The translations under genes were made by a program, and so were the position numbers. From Podarcis tiliguerta (lineage: Eukaryota), in the NCBI GenBank assembly GCA_965153285.1, contig OZ229117.1: a DNA stretch of 64,000 bases; one strand, 5' to 3'. The notes under the pieces were generated by a model that saw only the letters and a list, made by a program, of their open reading frames with translations, did not search any database and was not told the DNA's origin. Position 1 is the first letter of the stretch. The number at the start of each line of letters is the position of its first letter. This document shows positions 39,391-52,986 of the stretch, in pieces.

Positions 39391-39609
39391 GTGCAGGCAG
39401 GGTGGTGTTGCGTGCCTGGCTTCCCAATTCTGAGTTTCACTTCCGCTTACTGGGAGGATGAGGTGTGCATAGCTTGGTGTAGGTGCAACAACAGGAACAG
39501 CAGATTGGCTCCTTACTGAGCTCTCCTTGCCTTAACCCTCTCCCTCTTGGTAAACAGCAGTAGTGCTCAGCATTGGAAAGCCAGGTTTGTAACACTACTT
39601 TGCCTGCAC
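39391..39609. repeat. Foldback element
   Basis: GTGCAGGCAGGGTGGTGTTGC...CCTGGCTTCCCAATTCTGAG vs CTCAGCATTGGAAAGCCAGG...AACACTACTTTGCCTGCAC. Confidence 0.7.
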
Positions 39610-40408
39610 CATACCATCAAACACAGCTGATCAGAGGAGAACCATCTCTCTGTTTAACTACTGTACTGTTAAACAGAGAAACCACCTCTCCTGTCAGCTA
39701 CTGAAAGAAGCAAGAAACTGGCATTTGTCAACTACTAGGATTCCTCTAGTAATACACTAAGGTTCAGAAACTTCATTTGGAATCACAGGACCAGGTCAGT
39801 GTGGGTATTCTCTCTGGTCCCATTCTCCCCATTTGGATATAGGCCTGAAAAACCATAGGAAAATGTGCATAGAGAAATGTAAGCAAACAAAATTTGAGAC
39901 AGCCCCGCATTGTTACCAATCACAGGGCATGGGGTGAGCCATCTGCAAACTTCCAATTTCTAAACTTAGTTGAGGGTGCACCAACATGAAATAGCATTAT
40001 CTCTTAAACCACCAGGTTTTTTAAAAAAATCATTGGATTATCAACAGTTGCAAAATCTTTTCATGTTGTGAATGAATCTATTTTGTTTGGTTAATCCTTA
40101 ATGGTCATTTTATGCCTTTCTGTATAAAATAAGAAAGTCTTGGTAGGAATAGGTATTCTGTTTCTTTAATTTGTGTAGAAGGCTGAATTGTAAGATAACT
40201 GCATTATAAAGTTGTGAGTTTTTGCACTGGGAATTTGGTAACTGGAAGAGGAAAATACTTTTCTCCTATCATGTATTTTTGTGTTTTTATATTGTAAACC
40301 ACCCTGTGATTCTTGAATGAAGGAGCAGCATAGAAATTTAATAAATAGATAAATGAGAAATTATGTGAATAAGCCAGAATAATGATATATTTCCTTTTCT
40401 CTTTGCAG

Positions 40409-40454
40409 TATGAAGACAAAGCTGATGCAGTTTTTGGGAGTATAGCAGAAAAAC
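40409..40454 (+). CDS. ZMYM4: ZMYM4 exon 2 homolog (YEDKADAVFGSIAEK)
   Basis: Pyrimidine tract + CAG acceptor, GTAGGT donor, 46 nt; resembles recalled human FEQKSGAVFDEIVEN; frame conflict with exon 1 (see findings). Confidence 0.75.
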
Positions 40455-41292
40455 GTAGGTGCTTCTTTTATTTGTTTATTTACAAAAGATTCCTTCCTCC
40501 TCAGAAACTCCTTTCTTTATGAGCTAAAAGTTTCTGTCCCTTTCTTAAAAGATGCCAGAATCCCAGTTCCAGATGGCTTAAGTCCAGTCATTAAGTGGTG
40601 GGGTTGTAAGTAACAAAAAATATTCCAGATCATTAACTAATAACCCAGTTTGGTAGCTACTACATGTATTCCAAAACTCTGATACTGACACTTTGCAAAA
40701 CCATTGGGGGGGGTGCATTCTCCACCCATCTGCAGTATTTGTGGCAATTCCTGATAACCCCACAGAGAGCTCTAAAATTGCGGAACAGTGCAAATTAAGA
40801 GTAATGAGAACTAGGATGTCTGGTGAGTCAGTGTAAGTAGCTGTATATTGGGGGACACAAACACACACTGACCACATGTAGGCTAATAGTGTTTAAACTG
40901 GCTGTATGTACCAAAGAAAGCTATCTTAAGGTCTTGGCACAAAGCTTTCTATAATTGTCAAATAGTGTATAGCCTTAAAGGTGAAACGAGTGCCCCATTT
41001 TGGTTGTTATACTAGTTCATGGTCAAGTCTTAAGGGTGCATCATAAATCATGGTTTGACCCTGGCTTGTTTCAATGAACTCTAGTTTAGGTTAACTACAG
41101 TCTGTACTTTTTGGACATAACAGCAAATTGTTGGGGCAAGGGTGGGGAGGAAGACTGGAACCAGGAATTTTCTAGAATGGTAAGAACATTGTTAATTGTT
41201 TCTTCTTGGCATACTGGAACTTTGAGTCTTCCAAAGAAGTTGATCAGCAGTGTGCTCACGACAGATTAAGGACATTATTCCATCCCCTAAAG

Positions 41293-41512
41293 CAGGCATG
41301 TCCAAAGTCCGTTTTGGGGGCCTAATCTGGTCCACTGGTCGGTTTAATCCGGCCCCTGTGGCAGTTCATTTCCTGGGGTAAAATCCTAAGAAAAACCTCA
41401 ACAACTTCAATCCTAAAAAAAGGATCCAAATTTTGGTTGGCCTTTGGTTGGCTCTGATGACCCTTCACTTCATCAAATCTGGCCCTCTTTGAAAAAAACT
41501 TGGACACCACTG
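41293..41512. mobile_element. hAT MITE
   Basis: CAGGCATGTCCAAA...TTGGACACCACTG; TSD CCCTAAAG vs CCCTAAAT after removing the nested mariner MITE. Confidence 0.75.
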
Positions 41513-41517
41513 CCCTA

Positions 41518-41759
41518 CAGTGGTACCTCGGGTTACATACGCTTCAGGTTACATATGCTTCAGGTTACAGACTCCGCTAACCCAGAAATAGTACCTTGGG
41601 TTAAGAACTTTGCTTCAGGATGAGAACTGAAATTGTGTTCCGGCAGCGCAGCGACAGCAGGAGGCCCCATTAGCTAAAGTGGTGCTTCAGGTTAAGAACA
41701 GTTTCAGGTTAAGAACGGACCTCCGGAACGAATTAAGTACTTAGCCCGAGGTACCACTG
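41518..41759 (+). mobile_element. Same mariner-type MITE
   Basis: TIR CAGTGGTACCTCGGG at both ends; TA TSD at 41516-41517 and 41760-41761. Confidence 0.9.
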
Positions 41760-41984
41760 TAAATACATTGGGGCACACATAAATATTTTATTTTATTAAG
41801 TCTCCTTCCCTCTTTCACATCCAGTCACAAGGTTGCAAAAAACAACTTTTGAAATACAAAACATCAGAATTACAAACTGTAATAGCCAGCTGAAAACCCA
41901 AAACAATATCCTCATTGTTATATTTGCTTCCATATTGTAAATATGTTGGTTTTGGAAAGCATCTTATTCTTCTTCCTTCTCCAG

Positions 41985-42506
41985 GTGGTGAGCTTGTACC
42001 TACAGAAATGTCTGAGAAAACTGTTCACAACCTAACCCCTGCCTTCGACAGCATACCGTACAGAATGCAGAATCGAACAGGGTCTACAAACTCTTTGTTG
42101 GTTGACAGTGATTACTTCTTGAACTCTGGGGATCTTACAGGGATTCCTATTGTTGGGAGTGACAATGAGGACGAGCAAACTTTTCCTGCAAAGGATAGCC
42201 TCCCTTCGCGCCCTGAGGATAGTCGGGGAGATATGAGGAGGGTTCGGGATCATGCAGTGGACAATGAGAAAGACACACAGATGCAAAATGTGATTCAGAA
42301 AGACCTCTCTTCCCCTTTTGACAAAGGGCCCTCTGTATTTAAGTCTGTTCGGAAAGATTTTAGCATAGGAAGAGATGATGCTAAAGATATTTTTTTGACA
42401 AAGGAGAAAGCCAGAGAAGGACCTTTTCAGGAGCATGACAAACGATTGGAAAAAATGCCGAAGGAAATGGATTCCAGATTGAAAAGCAGTTTCCTCGATA
42501 AATCAG
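41985..42506 (+). CDS. ZMYM4: ZMYM4 exon 3
   Basis: GELVPTEMSEK...DYFLNSGDLTGIPIVGSDNEDEQ...DSRLKSSFLDKS; 522 nt; AG/GT. Confidence 0.95.
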
Positions 42507-43169
42507 GTAACACTTTGTTTGCTAAGGTTAAGCAGAGAGCAAACCTTAGGGTTTAGGTTAAACTTAATGAGTTTCTGTTTATTTCAGTGAAACATCTTCA
42601 AGGAAATTCCCAGTGGATTACACACCATGGGACAGATCTGTCTGCCACGCTTAATGGCACTCACTTTGCCTCATGGATGGCGGCATCTGGTTGACATAGT
42701 CAGTTCCATCAACTTTTGAAAAAACTGATCAACAGAATAGTACTGCAGTGGTGGGGACTTCTGGACTGCAGACTTAATTAGACCTGGCAAGGGTTCTAAT
42801 TTGGCCCCTGAGTCCATTTCCCCCAAACCAAACTGACCAGTCTTACACCTGATGACATAATGTGGGGCAGCTAAGTATTTTGCTGCAAAGGATAATTTTT
42901 TTAAATAAATTAACATGTGCTCCCAATTGTTCCTTGACAAGTGGGGTTCACTGACAGTGCTGTTCAACTGATTGGTGCTGACAGTGAGTGAAGTTGTTGC
43001 ATGATGTTGGTTGACTGCCCACCTGTGGGTGAAGTGGGTGAAGAAATCAGAAGATCAGGATCGGGCCTGCCAGCTGAATGCAGTTCCCCACCCTTCCTTG
43101 CTGCAGTAGTCCACAGGTTGATGTGAATTGTTTTCCAAAGGGATGCTAATTGAATATGTTTTTCCCTAG

Positions 43170-43237
43170 TTACTAATCAAGTGGATGAAACATTACGGAC
43201 ACAGTTGGCACCACAAACACCAGAAACTAACTTCAGG
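43170..43237 (+). CDS. ZMYM4: ZMYM4 exon 4
   Basis: TNQVDETLRTQLAPQTPETNFR; AG/GT; 68 nt. Confidence 0.92.
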
Positions 43238-43725
43238 GTAAGTTGTGGGCCTTTATTTGATTGGCAAATCAAAGTGCATTTTTTTGGAATAGGAATATTG
43301 TAGAGATTTTGTTGTGCTGCTGTTGAACCCTCTGCTAATAGTTGGCTAAGCTGCCATAATGCGCACAGAACGGTGGAGATAGTTGAAGAGTCCTGGACTG
43401 TCATTCTCTGAGCTGCTCTGATCTTATATAGGGGCAAAGTAGAAGAGCCTAGGAAAGAGAGAAGCAGCAAGGGTCTAGGAAAGGAAAGGTAGGTGTAAGA
43501 GAGAAAAAGTGGACCAGGGAATGGGGGAGAGGAGTTTCTAGGTCAGGAAACATAGAAGATGGAAACATAGAAACTCAGGGTAACAAGAACAAGAGGAGAG
43601 GTCATGGGGAAAGCTGCTGGAGAAGAGAAAAACTGGGAAAGTGGACTGTAGCTAAATTCAGAGGTAAATGGGAAAGTTGTCTCCCAAATGTGTATGCTGC
43701 TGAAGTTACTGTTCTTGTGTGCTAG

Positions 43726-43896
43726 GAGTCTAGCTACCTGTTTGCTAATAAGGAATCCGTTGGTCAAGAGCTGGGGAATTCCTATGCACCAAATATTAGA
43801 ATTAAGGAAGAGCCTTTGGACAATGACTACGATAAAGCTATTGCACCTCAGCAGGGGCTGCTGAACAAAATTAAGGATGAACCAGATAATACTGAG
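43726..43896 (+). CDS. ZMYM4: ZMYM4 exon 5 (SUMO-consensus IKEE/IKDE motifs)
   Basis: ESSYLFANKESVGQELGNSYAPNIRIKEEPLDNDYDKAIAPQQGLLNKIKDEPDNTE; 171 nt. Confidence 0.95.
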
Positions 43897-44693
43897 GTAA
43901 GATGGGACATAAACTGCCTAGCCTTGACCTGTCTCTCTGTGTTATAAGTGCAGCATTGGCTGCTGGGTTAAAGCTGTATGGTGAAGATATTGAGAGGTAG
44001 TAGGGATGGGGTTGCATCTCTGTTCTTAGCTCTTTGGATGCTTTTATAGCTGCCTTCAGAATAACTCTTTTCATGGAAAAGTGCAGTATCTTGGATGCAT
44101 GTATAAGTGGGGCAGGGGCATGGAGGAAAGTAAAGTAGGGATGGAGTTTGGTGAGCCATTCCCATCAAACGTGGCGGACACCAGCACACTGCATAGGGAA
44201 AGTGATCTGTCATGGCATCCAACCCAATGGAGGATTATTTTATTATACATCACCTTGAGATGTTTATTTATTTTTATTTATTCATTTTAATTTCTATACA
44301 GCTTTACATTTTTAATAAAAATCTCAAAGCAGTTTATTAAATCAATAAAACAATAGCAGGACAATGTTCCTCCGGCCTCATGAGGAGCCTCTTTCTAGGA
44401 CTGGTGAGTGTGGGCCCCGCCCCCCAGGCCAGGTGGAAAGTGCCTTGCAGGGAGCGGCCCTCACACTCACAGCCAGGCAATGTTCCTCCAGCCTCATGAG
44501 GAGCCTCTTCAGTAGGACTGGTGAGTCTGGGCCTTGCAGAAGGTGATTGTTTATTATTATTATTGTTAATTATTATTACTATTGTACTGGAGTTAGGGCA
44601 CAATTATTTCAAATGTGTCCCAGGATTTACACGATAGATTGAGTACTGGTGATCACAGTGGCTGGAATTTTACCTGTAGCTGTTTTGTTTCAG

Positions 44694-44772
44694 GAATATG
44701 GCCAGCAGCCAAAAACTCAGGAAGGGGAACTGAAGATCAGTGCTGTGTTTTCAGTCAGTGGCAGCCCTCTTG
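44694..44772 (+). CDS. ZMYM4: ZMYM4 exon 6
   Basis: EYGQQPKTQEGELKISAVFSVSGSPL; AG/GT. Confidence 0.94.
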
Positions 44773-44919
44773 GTAAGGAAAAGGGTTGCGCTTGCCCCTC
44801 CTGTTCTTCAGATGGCTATGCCATCCTTCAGCAATGCTTCCAGGGAGATTTACAAAAGCAAGATAAATAACAGAAATCAAAAGAGAACTTTTAAATAAAT
44901 TATAGCATTAAAAAGCCTA

Positions 44920-45065
44920 GGGACATTTTAAAAGAGAAATTGTTTCATAATTTGTTAACAGCTGCCAGATTAGTGATAGCACAGACATGGAAATCTATTG
45001 AATCCTCTGCAGAAAAGGATTGGGTGCAGACAGTTTGGGATTTATTAATTATGAATACGTTGCTC
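44920..45065 (+). mobile_element. L1-type C-terminal fragment
   Basis: LFHNLLTAARLVIAQTWKSIE...DWVQTVWDL. Confidence 0.6.
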
Positions 45066-45482
45066 AGCACAGAAAATCAGGACTCAGAAAGGGAGACAGA
45101 AAACTGATAATTTAATGGGGCATTGGTGGCCACTAATTTGACTTCTTCCTGTTCATAAGTCCGGTTTCCAAAGTAGTACATAACTATATACTAATTGCCT
45201 TGGAGGAAATGGCTTTCTGTATTTTGTTTGAGCAAATGGAGCAGAAGGGTAATAGTAGTGATATTTTTATTTTATATTAAAAGTCAGTAATACATTACAA
45301 AAAAAAATAGCAACATTGGCAAACTTCTCTGGGGAGGGACTTCTAAAAATGAGGCGCAACAACCAAGAAGCTCCCGCCGCCTCCAGTCGCCACCTGCTTC
45401 TCAGGTGGAGGTGGAGCACCTGGAGGAGAGCCTCTGAAGATGACCTCAATAGCAGCATATTTCTTCCCTCTCTTCTTGGTAA

Positions 45483-45737
<255 letters not shown>

Positions 45738-46160
45738 TAAGGGCTCTGAGGCTTTGAAATGTGCTACAAATCATTCTGAATCGTTTGTGGGGAGTTTAGA
45801 AGGCGTTGTGTCAAGTACATGTTATCCCACACTTCTCTTTGCTGCAGAAAGTCCACTTTGGGCGGGTGGGGTGGGGGTGGGGGAGAGGTTTGTTGCATAA
45901 GAGCATCAATTCAGTTTTGTAACTTGGATTTGCTGGTATGTAATTGAATTCCACCCCAAAGGTAGTGACAGTCTGGAAGCACTCATGTACTCAAGTCAAG
46001 GAAAATAAAATGCTTGCAAAGCAGACTTTTGACACTGATGATCAGCAGAAGGAATGGAAAAAATCTTAGCCTGTTTTGCTTTTTATTTTTTGTGAAAGGG
46101 GAAAGAAACATAGCACTAATATTATTATTTTGTAAACAGCCCAGGGAATGTAATTTGAAT

Positions 46161-46500
46161 GGATGCAGGTAGCGCTGTGGTCTAAACCACTGAGCCTCTT
46201 GGGCTTCCTGATCAGAAGGTCAGTGGCTTGAACTTGCATGATGGTTGTGAGCTCCTGTTGTTCTGTGCCAGCTTCTGTCAACCTAGCAGTTCAAAAGCAC
46301 ACCAGTTCAAGTAGATAAATAGGTACCGCTGCGGCTGGAAGGTAAAAGGCGTTTCCATGCACTCTGGTTTCCGTTACGAAGCAGTTTATTCCTGCTGGCC
46401 ACATGACCTGGAAAGCTGTTTGTGGACAAATGCCGGCTCCCTTGGCCTGAAGCAAGATGAGCGCCACACCCCATAGTCGCCTTTGACTGGACTTAACCAT
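46161..46500 (+). mobile_element. Sauria SINE, diverged
   Basis: Head GGTAGCGCTGTGGTCTAAACC, core AAGTAGATAAATAGGTACCGCT. Confidence 0.8.
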
Positions 46501-46795
46501 CTTTTATATATATATTGATAAATTTTGAAGACATGTTCTGGTTGTAGGAGTGTTGATAGAGATCTTGTACATCCCTGGAAGTACCCATGAAGTAACTGAA
46601 GTTTGCCCTGGGTTTACTTCAGTGATTCAGATGCAGTCAGGCCAGGTCACACTCATTGGTACCAGTTGCTCCATTTGTAAAGTGGAACATGCTAGCTAGA
46701 CAGATCACAACCACTATGCTGACCATTGGTGTTGTAGAGAACCTCACTGGTCTGTGGAGGGTGTAAATTTGTGGTTGTGAAAGTTGAACACCTGA

Positions 46796-47050
<255 letters not shown>

Positions 47051-47926
47051 TGATTAGTGAATCAGCTTTGGGTGCGGGCAAAGCCACATTCAGTGCTCGC
47101 TCAGCCATGAAGCTCTGCATATTGCTTTCATCAAATCACTAGCTTGTCTAACTTCATTGGTTGGTTTCCAAGTTGCAAATTATAAAGAGCACTTTGTACA
47201 TCGGCACTAGTGAGGGTGAGGGCAGTTATAGCCACCATGCAATAGAATCCAGTTCCAAAGAAGAGTCCTATTTTCTGAAGTTTTGGAGTTTGCTGTCACC
47301 ACTATGCAGATGGCATTCTCCTCTTATCACTTGCATCTTGAACCAAGGAGGCCATTGAATTTCTGAACCAGTGTCTGGAATCAGTAATGGGTTAGGATGT
47401 GACCAAGCAAGCTAGGATGGGGAACGCTGTGCTACAGTCTACTTCTTGGATATAGTATTGCTTCCCACTCTCACCCCCAAGTTTCTACTGCATCATTCCA
47501 GTGGAATTCTCCTGAATCACTGAAATTCTTTGCCTTTGTGGTTCAGAAAAGCAAAAATGGGTTTGCTCGGTTGCTTAATTTTTAATCAGAATTCACGATG
47601 AAACAAAACTTGTAGCAAGTCCGACAAGTTACTTCATTTGGGGATCTTAGAATATTGATGTTAATTTTCATGACAAATAGTCTGATGCCTATCGTAAGTA
47701 TGATTCACTCACAATGCCTAGTATTTCTCTTGTGAACCACCCTGAGATCTATGGATGGAGGGTAGTATACAAATTAAGTAAGTAAATTGTAAGAAAATTC
47801 AAAATTTGCAAGATGCAAAGTTTACTTGCCTGGATTGCCAGTTTTTAAACACTTCTGTAAGTCTATCTTGTTTAATTAAAAAAAAATCAAAAGGGGTTGG
47901 TAGGTGGGAGGGGGGAAATGCTGTAA

Positions 47927-48298
<372 letters not shown>

Positions 48299-48954
48299 TA
48301 GGCTTGTGTGGAGCCTCAACCCTACAGCTAATAATATGAAACTTGTTTATAGTTGTGTCTGTGGAGAGCAGCCAGATAGGGGAGGTGAGGGAGTGCTTTT
48401 AACATAAAGGCCAGAATTCTACTTTCCTTCTATTGAGATAAGGGGAAAATTTGAGAGAACCTGTAGTGGGCAGGAAAGGGGAGCTTACCACCAGTTGTTT
48501 TTATTTCTCCGGGCCAGATGGGTATTGGCCATGCTGCACAGGTGAACAGCTCTGGGTATAAGGGAGAGAATTTTGCACTCTAAACCTGCTGCAGGATCAT
48601 CCCCTCACAAAGTGACTTTCCTGGGAAAGTCTTAGAAACCTGGAAACCTGAGTCTTAGTCATGTAGTTCAGCCCCTTGAAGCAAATTGGGGGCTGTTCTT
48701 GTTTCCTATTGTAAAAGATACTGTTGCAAGTCTGTGACTCTTTGGTATCTTTGACTCCTTTTTGGAAACGATTTGAAGATGTTTTACATATAGTGAGTGG
48801 TGTGTAAATTGACTTAATAAATAAATACTAAGCTCACTTCTGTTTTGTGTATGTGACGCACCTATTTCTTTCACCTGCAAGTGAGCTATGTGGGCAAGTG
48901 AACTGTTTCAGCTCTCAGAAGGGGGGAAAAAACCTGTTGTTCCTTTTTCTACAG

Positions 48955-49105
48955 AAGTCAGCAAAAATCACTCCCTGCGCACTGTGTAAATCTCTGAGAT
49001 CTTCAGCTGAGATGATTGAAAGCACAAATAATGTGGGGAAAACAGAGCTCTTTTGTTCTGTGAACTGCTTGTCAGCACACAGAGTTAAAATGGTCACATC
49101 TTCAG
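48955..49105 (+). CDS. ZMYM4: ZMYM4 exon 10
   Basis: KSAKITPCALCKSLRSSAEM...FCSVNCLS; 151 nt. Confidence 0.96.
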
Positions 49106-49221
49106 GTAAATGTTGTGTTGTCCTTTTCATATATACATTTTCTGAAATCAAGAGACCTTAAAGCACATAAAATTTCTTAAATTATTATTTTTCTGTTATT
49201 ATTTGTTTTTCTCTCTGGCAG

Positions 49222-49337
49222 GTGTCCAGGTTCAGTGTAACAGCTGTAAGACCTCAGCCATCCCTCAGTATCACCTCGCTATGTCAGATGGCAGCATACG
49301 CAATTTTTGCAGCTATAGCTGCGTGGTGGCTTTTCAG
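49222..49337 (+). CDS. ZMYM4: ZMYM4 exon 11
   Basis: VQVQCNSCKTSAIPQYHLAMSDGSIRNFCSYSCVVAFQ; 116 nt. Confidence 0.96.
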
Positions 49338-50216
49338 GTATGTCCTGTTTTCCAGTTTACTCAATTGGCTTGTCAGATGTGCTAGTCTCATTCCCCTTCC
49401 TGGACTTGTGGCCATTGCCAATCTTTCCTTGGGCATACTCTCTCTCCTTTTGACCACTAGCTTCTCCATTGCTATGTTTCATCTTGATAAGAATGCTAAT
49501 ACACTTAATAGACATAGCGCAGAGATGTGTCAGTTAAATTATAATAATCATAATAATTAATAATATAATATTTAACGTAAGAATTGCTTGCTATGAAGGA
49601 TCTTGAAGTGGTTTCATAATATGCACACCTGCACACACACACACACACAGTAAGTTCTCAACTTGCACATATTTAACTTGTTTGTTAAATGCTTGGCATT
49701 AAAAAAAATTAGGAAGGAGGTGGGCATCTGGGGAAAAAACAATTGCATATATAAAAACAATTTCAAATCCAACACGGATTCCAGCTAGGAGAAAACGTCT
49801 CTACTTTGAAGACTTGTTGAAAATGGAAAAAACTTCAACAGGTACCAAAAAGACAGTGGAGATGGTATAACACTGGTATAACCTCTCTGATATAACACAG
49901 ACTTCTGTGACTTCATTTGTTCTCCATGATTCTCTTTTATGAGATCAGTTTCCCAAGAATTAAGAATTCTGTTTTCCACAGATGGAGAACAATTAAAAGG
50001 AAATAAAAGCATGGAGACGGCATAGGTTGGCTGTGGGGCAGGGAATTGGGGTGGTGGGGTGTACCTCCAGAGATTAGCAGGCTGCTATTGCAATCCTTAT
50101 TAAAATTGCTAGCTCCTTCTGGAATTTTGAAAAGGTGATCCTATGCTAGGAACCCCTCAAACTTAGCAGAAAATCCTGTTGATGTAAGGTTTTTCCATCC
50201 CCTGTTGCTTTAACAG

Positions 50217-50492
50217 AACTTGTTCAACAAGCCTGCGGGAATGAACTCGTCAGTGGTGCCCTTGTCACAGGGCCAAGTGATTGTCAGTATCCCCTCAGGA
50301 GCCACGGTTTCAGCAGCGGGCAGCACTACCTCCACGGTTTCCCCCAGCTCAGTCAGCAGCTCGGCCGCAGCTGGTCTCCAGAGACTCGCCGCTCAGTCCC
50401 AGCAAGTTACCTTTGCCCGCACTGTCGTCAAACTCAAGTGTCAACACTGTAGCCGCCTGTTTGCAACCAAGCCTGAACTGCTCGATTACAGG
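50217..50492 (+). CDS. ZMYM4: ZMYM4 exon 12
   Basis: NLFNKPAGMNSSVVPLSQGQ...KCQHCSRLFATKPELLDYR; 276 nt. Confidence 0.96.
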
Positions 50493-51532
50493 GTAATTGG
50501 CACCTGCCAGTTGTTGTTGTTCACAGACCTCTTGAAGCCGGACACGTGGGTGCTCTAATTGTGGACCAGATGCCCAGTGACAGGCAAAGCTGTGTGTATT
50601 CCATGCTTAATAATAAGTTTTAAAATACACTGCGCCAAGGAAAGCTGACATTTGTATACAAAATGCAAAGTGGGCTGATTGCACTGTATCCCCTTTTGTA
50701 TAATTTTTCGACGATTCTTTTTTGGGGCAAATTGATTCAGCCATGTCTTTGAGTTCTGAGATTTCAGCAGACATTGGCCACACACTTTTGAGCATATCTT
50801 TACCTCCACAAGATGTAGGAAGTTGTTATTTTTCTTATATGAAACTAGATTTTCTGCATTTTTTGAATTTACGTTCACTACCAGCATTGGCACTAGATCT
50901 CAGGGAACTCTTGGCACATTTTGATACTCCTCCTGTCCCCCACTTTTGAAAAAATGGGCTTTAAATGACAGCAGCAGCAGCAGTAGCAGCTTCTCTATCA
51001 CCAAGGTAGCCAAGAGAACGCCCATGCCTCAACCATAGTCACTAGAAAGATTTTTTAAATGTAGATTTTTTAATAAATAAATAAATTTAAGCCTTTGTAG
51101 TTGCTTTGACAAACTGCAGTGATGACAGAGGCAGTGCCTGGCATTAAGATGCTGGCCCTGAGAGTGCTAGGCTCTGAAAAGAAGACCCCCTTGGTTCTTA
51201 GAGCCCAGAAAAGGCAGAGTCATAGTGGTCACCAGCCAGGTTTCATGGCAGATGGACAGCAGGTTGGGCCAATGAGGGACTCTTCTGAATTTGTGGGCCT
51301 CAGCCAGGGCCCAGCTTGACTGGCCACTGGTGCCAGGCCCGCTCACTATTCTACTCTAGGCTTTTCTCGCACTTCTGTGGGATGGTGGCTTTTTACTCAG
51401 CCCCGATTTGCATTTAATGGAAGTGGGCAAATTTGCATTCCCACTGAAGAAGGATGAGGTGGCATGTCCTCTCCCGAATCAGGCAGGCATTGGAGGATTC
51501 AGTTTGACCAAAGTATTCTTGCTTAATTGCAG

Positions 51533-51683
51533 GGCAAAATGTTCCAGTTCTGTGGCAAGACCTGCTGCGATGAGTATAAGAAGATAAATTGTGTCATGTC
51601 GATGTGTGAATACTGCAAGATTGAGAAGATTATCAAAGAGACTGTGCGATTCTCAGGCATTGACAAGTCATTCTGTAGTGAGG
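51533..51683 (+). CDS. ZMYM4: ZMYM4 exon 13
   Basis: GKMFQFCGKTCCDEYKK...CEYCKIEK...FCSE; 151 nt. Confidence 0.96.
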
Positions 51684-52117
51684 GTAAGAAGGGACAGATC
51701 TGGATTGTGTATTTCAAACTTCAGTCCCAAGGCATTTTGTTCCAAGACCTTGGAGCTTCCTATTGCCACAGGAACAGGGCTCTATAGAGGATTTAGCAAT
51801 CCTCAATCCCAAAATGTGAATTTGAGGTTACATTTTGACAAGGGTTGTAAAACCACATGGTTTGGGATCTAAATTTATCCAATTCATTGAGGAGCTAGTC
51901 TGTTAAATTACAAGGGCAAAATAACTTGTTGCTTATTTTTAAGTCAATATGTCACAAAGTAGTGTTTAGGCAGTAGTCATATGTTACTGCTTGTGGCTGC
52001 TTTGTTCACAAGGGATGTTTGTGCTGCCTGTTATTTGTGTATATTGTCCTACTTTGAGAACTGGAGTGGGGGCGGGGATCTTAATTGATTGCTGTTTGTT
52101 CTCTTGTGCTGTTCCAG

Positions 52118-52290
52118 GCTGCAAGCTGCTGTATAAGCACGACTTAGCCAAACGTTGGGGGAACCACTGTAAGATGTGCAGCTACTGTTTGCAGACATCT
52201 CCCAAGCTGGTTCAGAATCATTTTGGGGGCAAGGTGGAGGAGTTCTGTTCAGAAGACTGCATGTCAAAATTCACAGTTTTGTTTTATCAG
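52118..52290 (+). CDS. ZMYM4: ZMYM4 exon 14
   Basis: CKLLYKHDLAKRWGNHCKMCSYC...VLFYQ; 173 nt. Confidence 0.96.
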
Positions 52291-52469
52291 GTAAGCTGCT
52301 CTGGAGTTCAAACATGTCTTAAAAATTAAAATTCTAGATAGACAGCAAGTCTCTTGTGTGAGATCTGTTGTACAGATGTACTGAGTTTGGATGTGGGGTT
52401 TCAGAGCTTGCTTCAGCCTTAATGGTGGGCCTCAAAGCAATCTTCAGTTCTTTAATTCCTTACATAAGC

Positions 52470-52825
52470 TGTTTAACCTCCGCATGAAGCTTCCGAGTGG
52501 AGTTATCCAAAGTTCTGGAGTACATTGTCAGCAATATGCTGGTGACACAAAAGCCCTACTCCTTTACATCTGCAGGGATGGCAGTGGATGTGCTGGACCG
52601 ATGCTCTTGCCTTGGTAATGGACTGTATAATAGCCAACAAACTGAAGCTCATTCCAGATAAGATTGCAGCACTGTTAGTGGGTGGTTTCCTAGAGTGGAT
52701 GGATGGGAGGCTGCCTTCTCTTGATGGGGCTACGATCCCTCTGAAGGAGTGGGTATGTAGCTTGAGGGTACTTTTGGATCCTTTGCTGTCACTTGAGGCT
52801 TAGGTGACCTCAGTGGCATGGAGGC
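52470..52825 (+). mobile_element. Degenerate L2 RT fragment
   Basis: QQYAGDT (YADD-like) and ANKLKLIPDK...VLLDPLLSLEA align with the L2 ORF at 57238-60051. Confidence 0.7.
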
Positions 52826-52986
52826 CATATATTATTTGTGTCAGCAGGATTGTTCACAGGATGCAAACAAACTACAATAAGAAAGTCATTTGAGAAAAGC
52901 AGTCAGACATGTATGAACAATATTTTTTTTTTACTTTTTAAAAATAACAATATGCACATTGTACTCTCTTTTTCTCTTCTTTGTAG

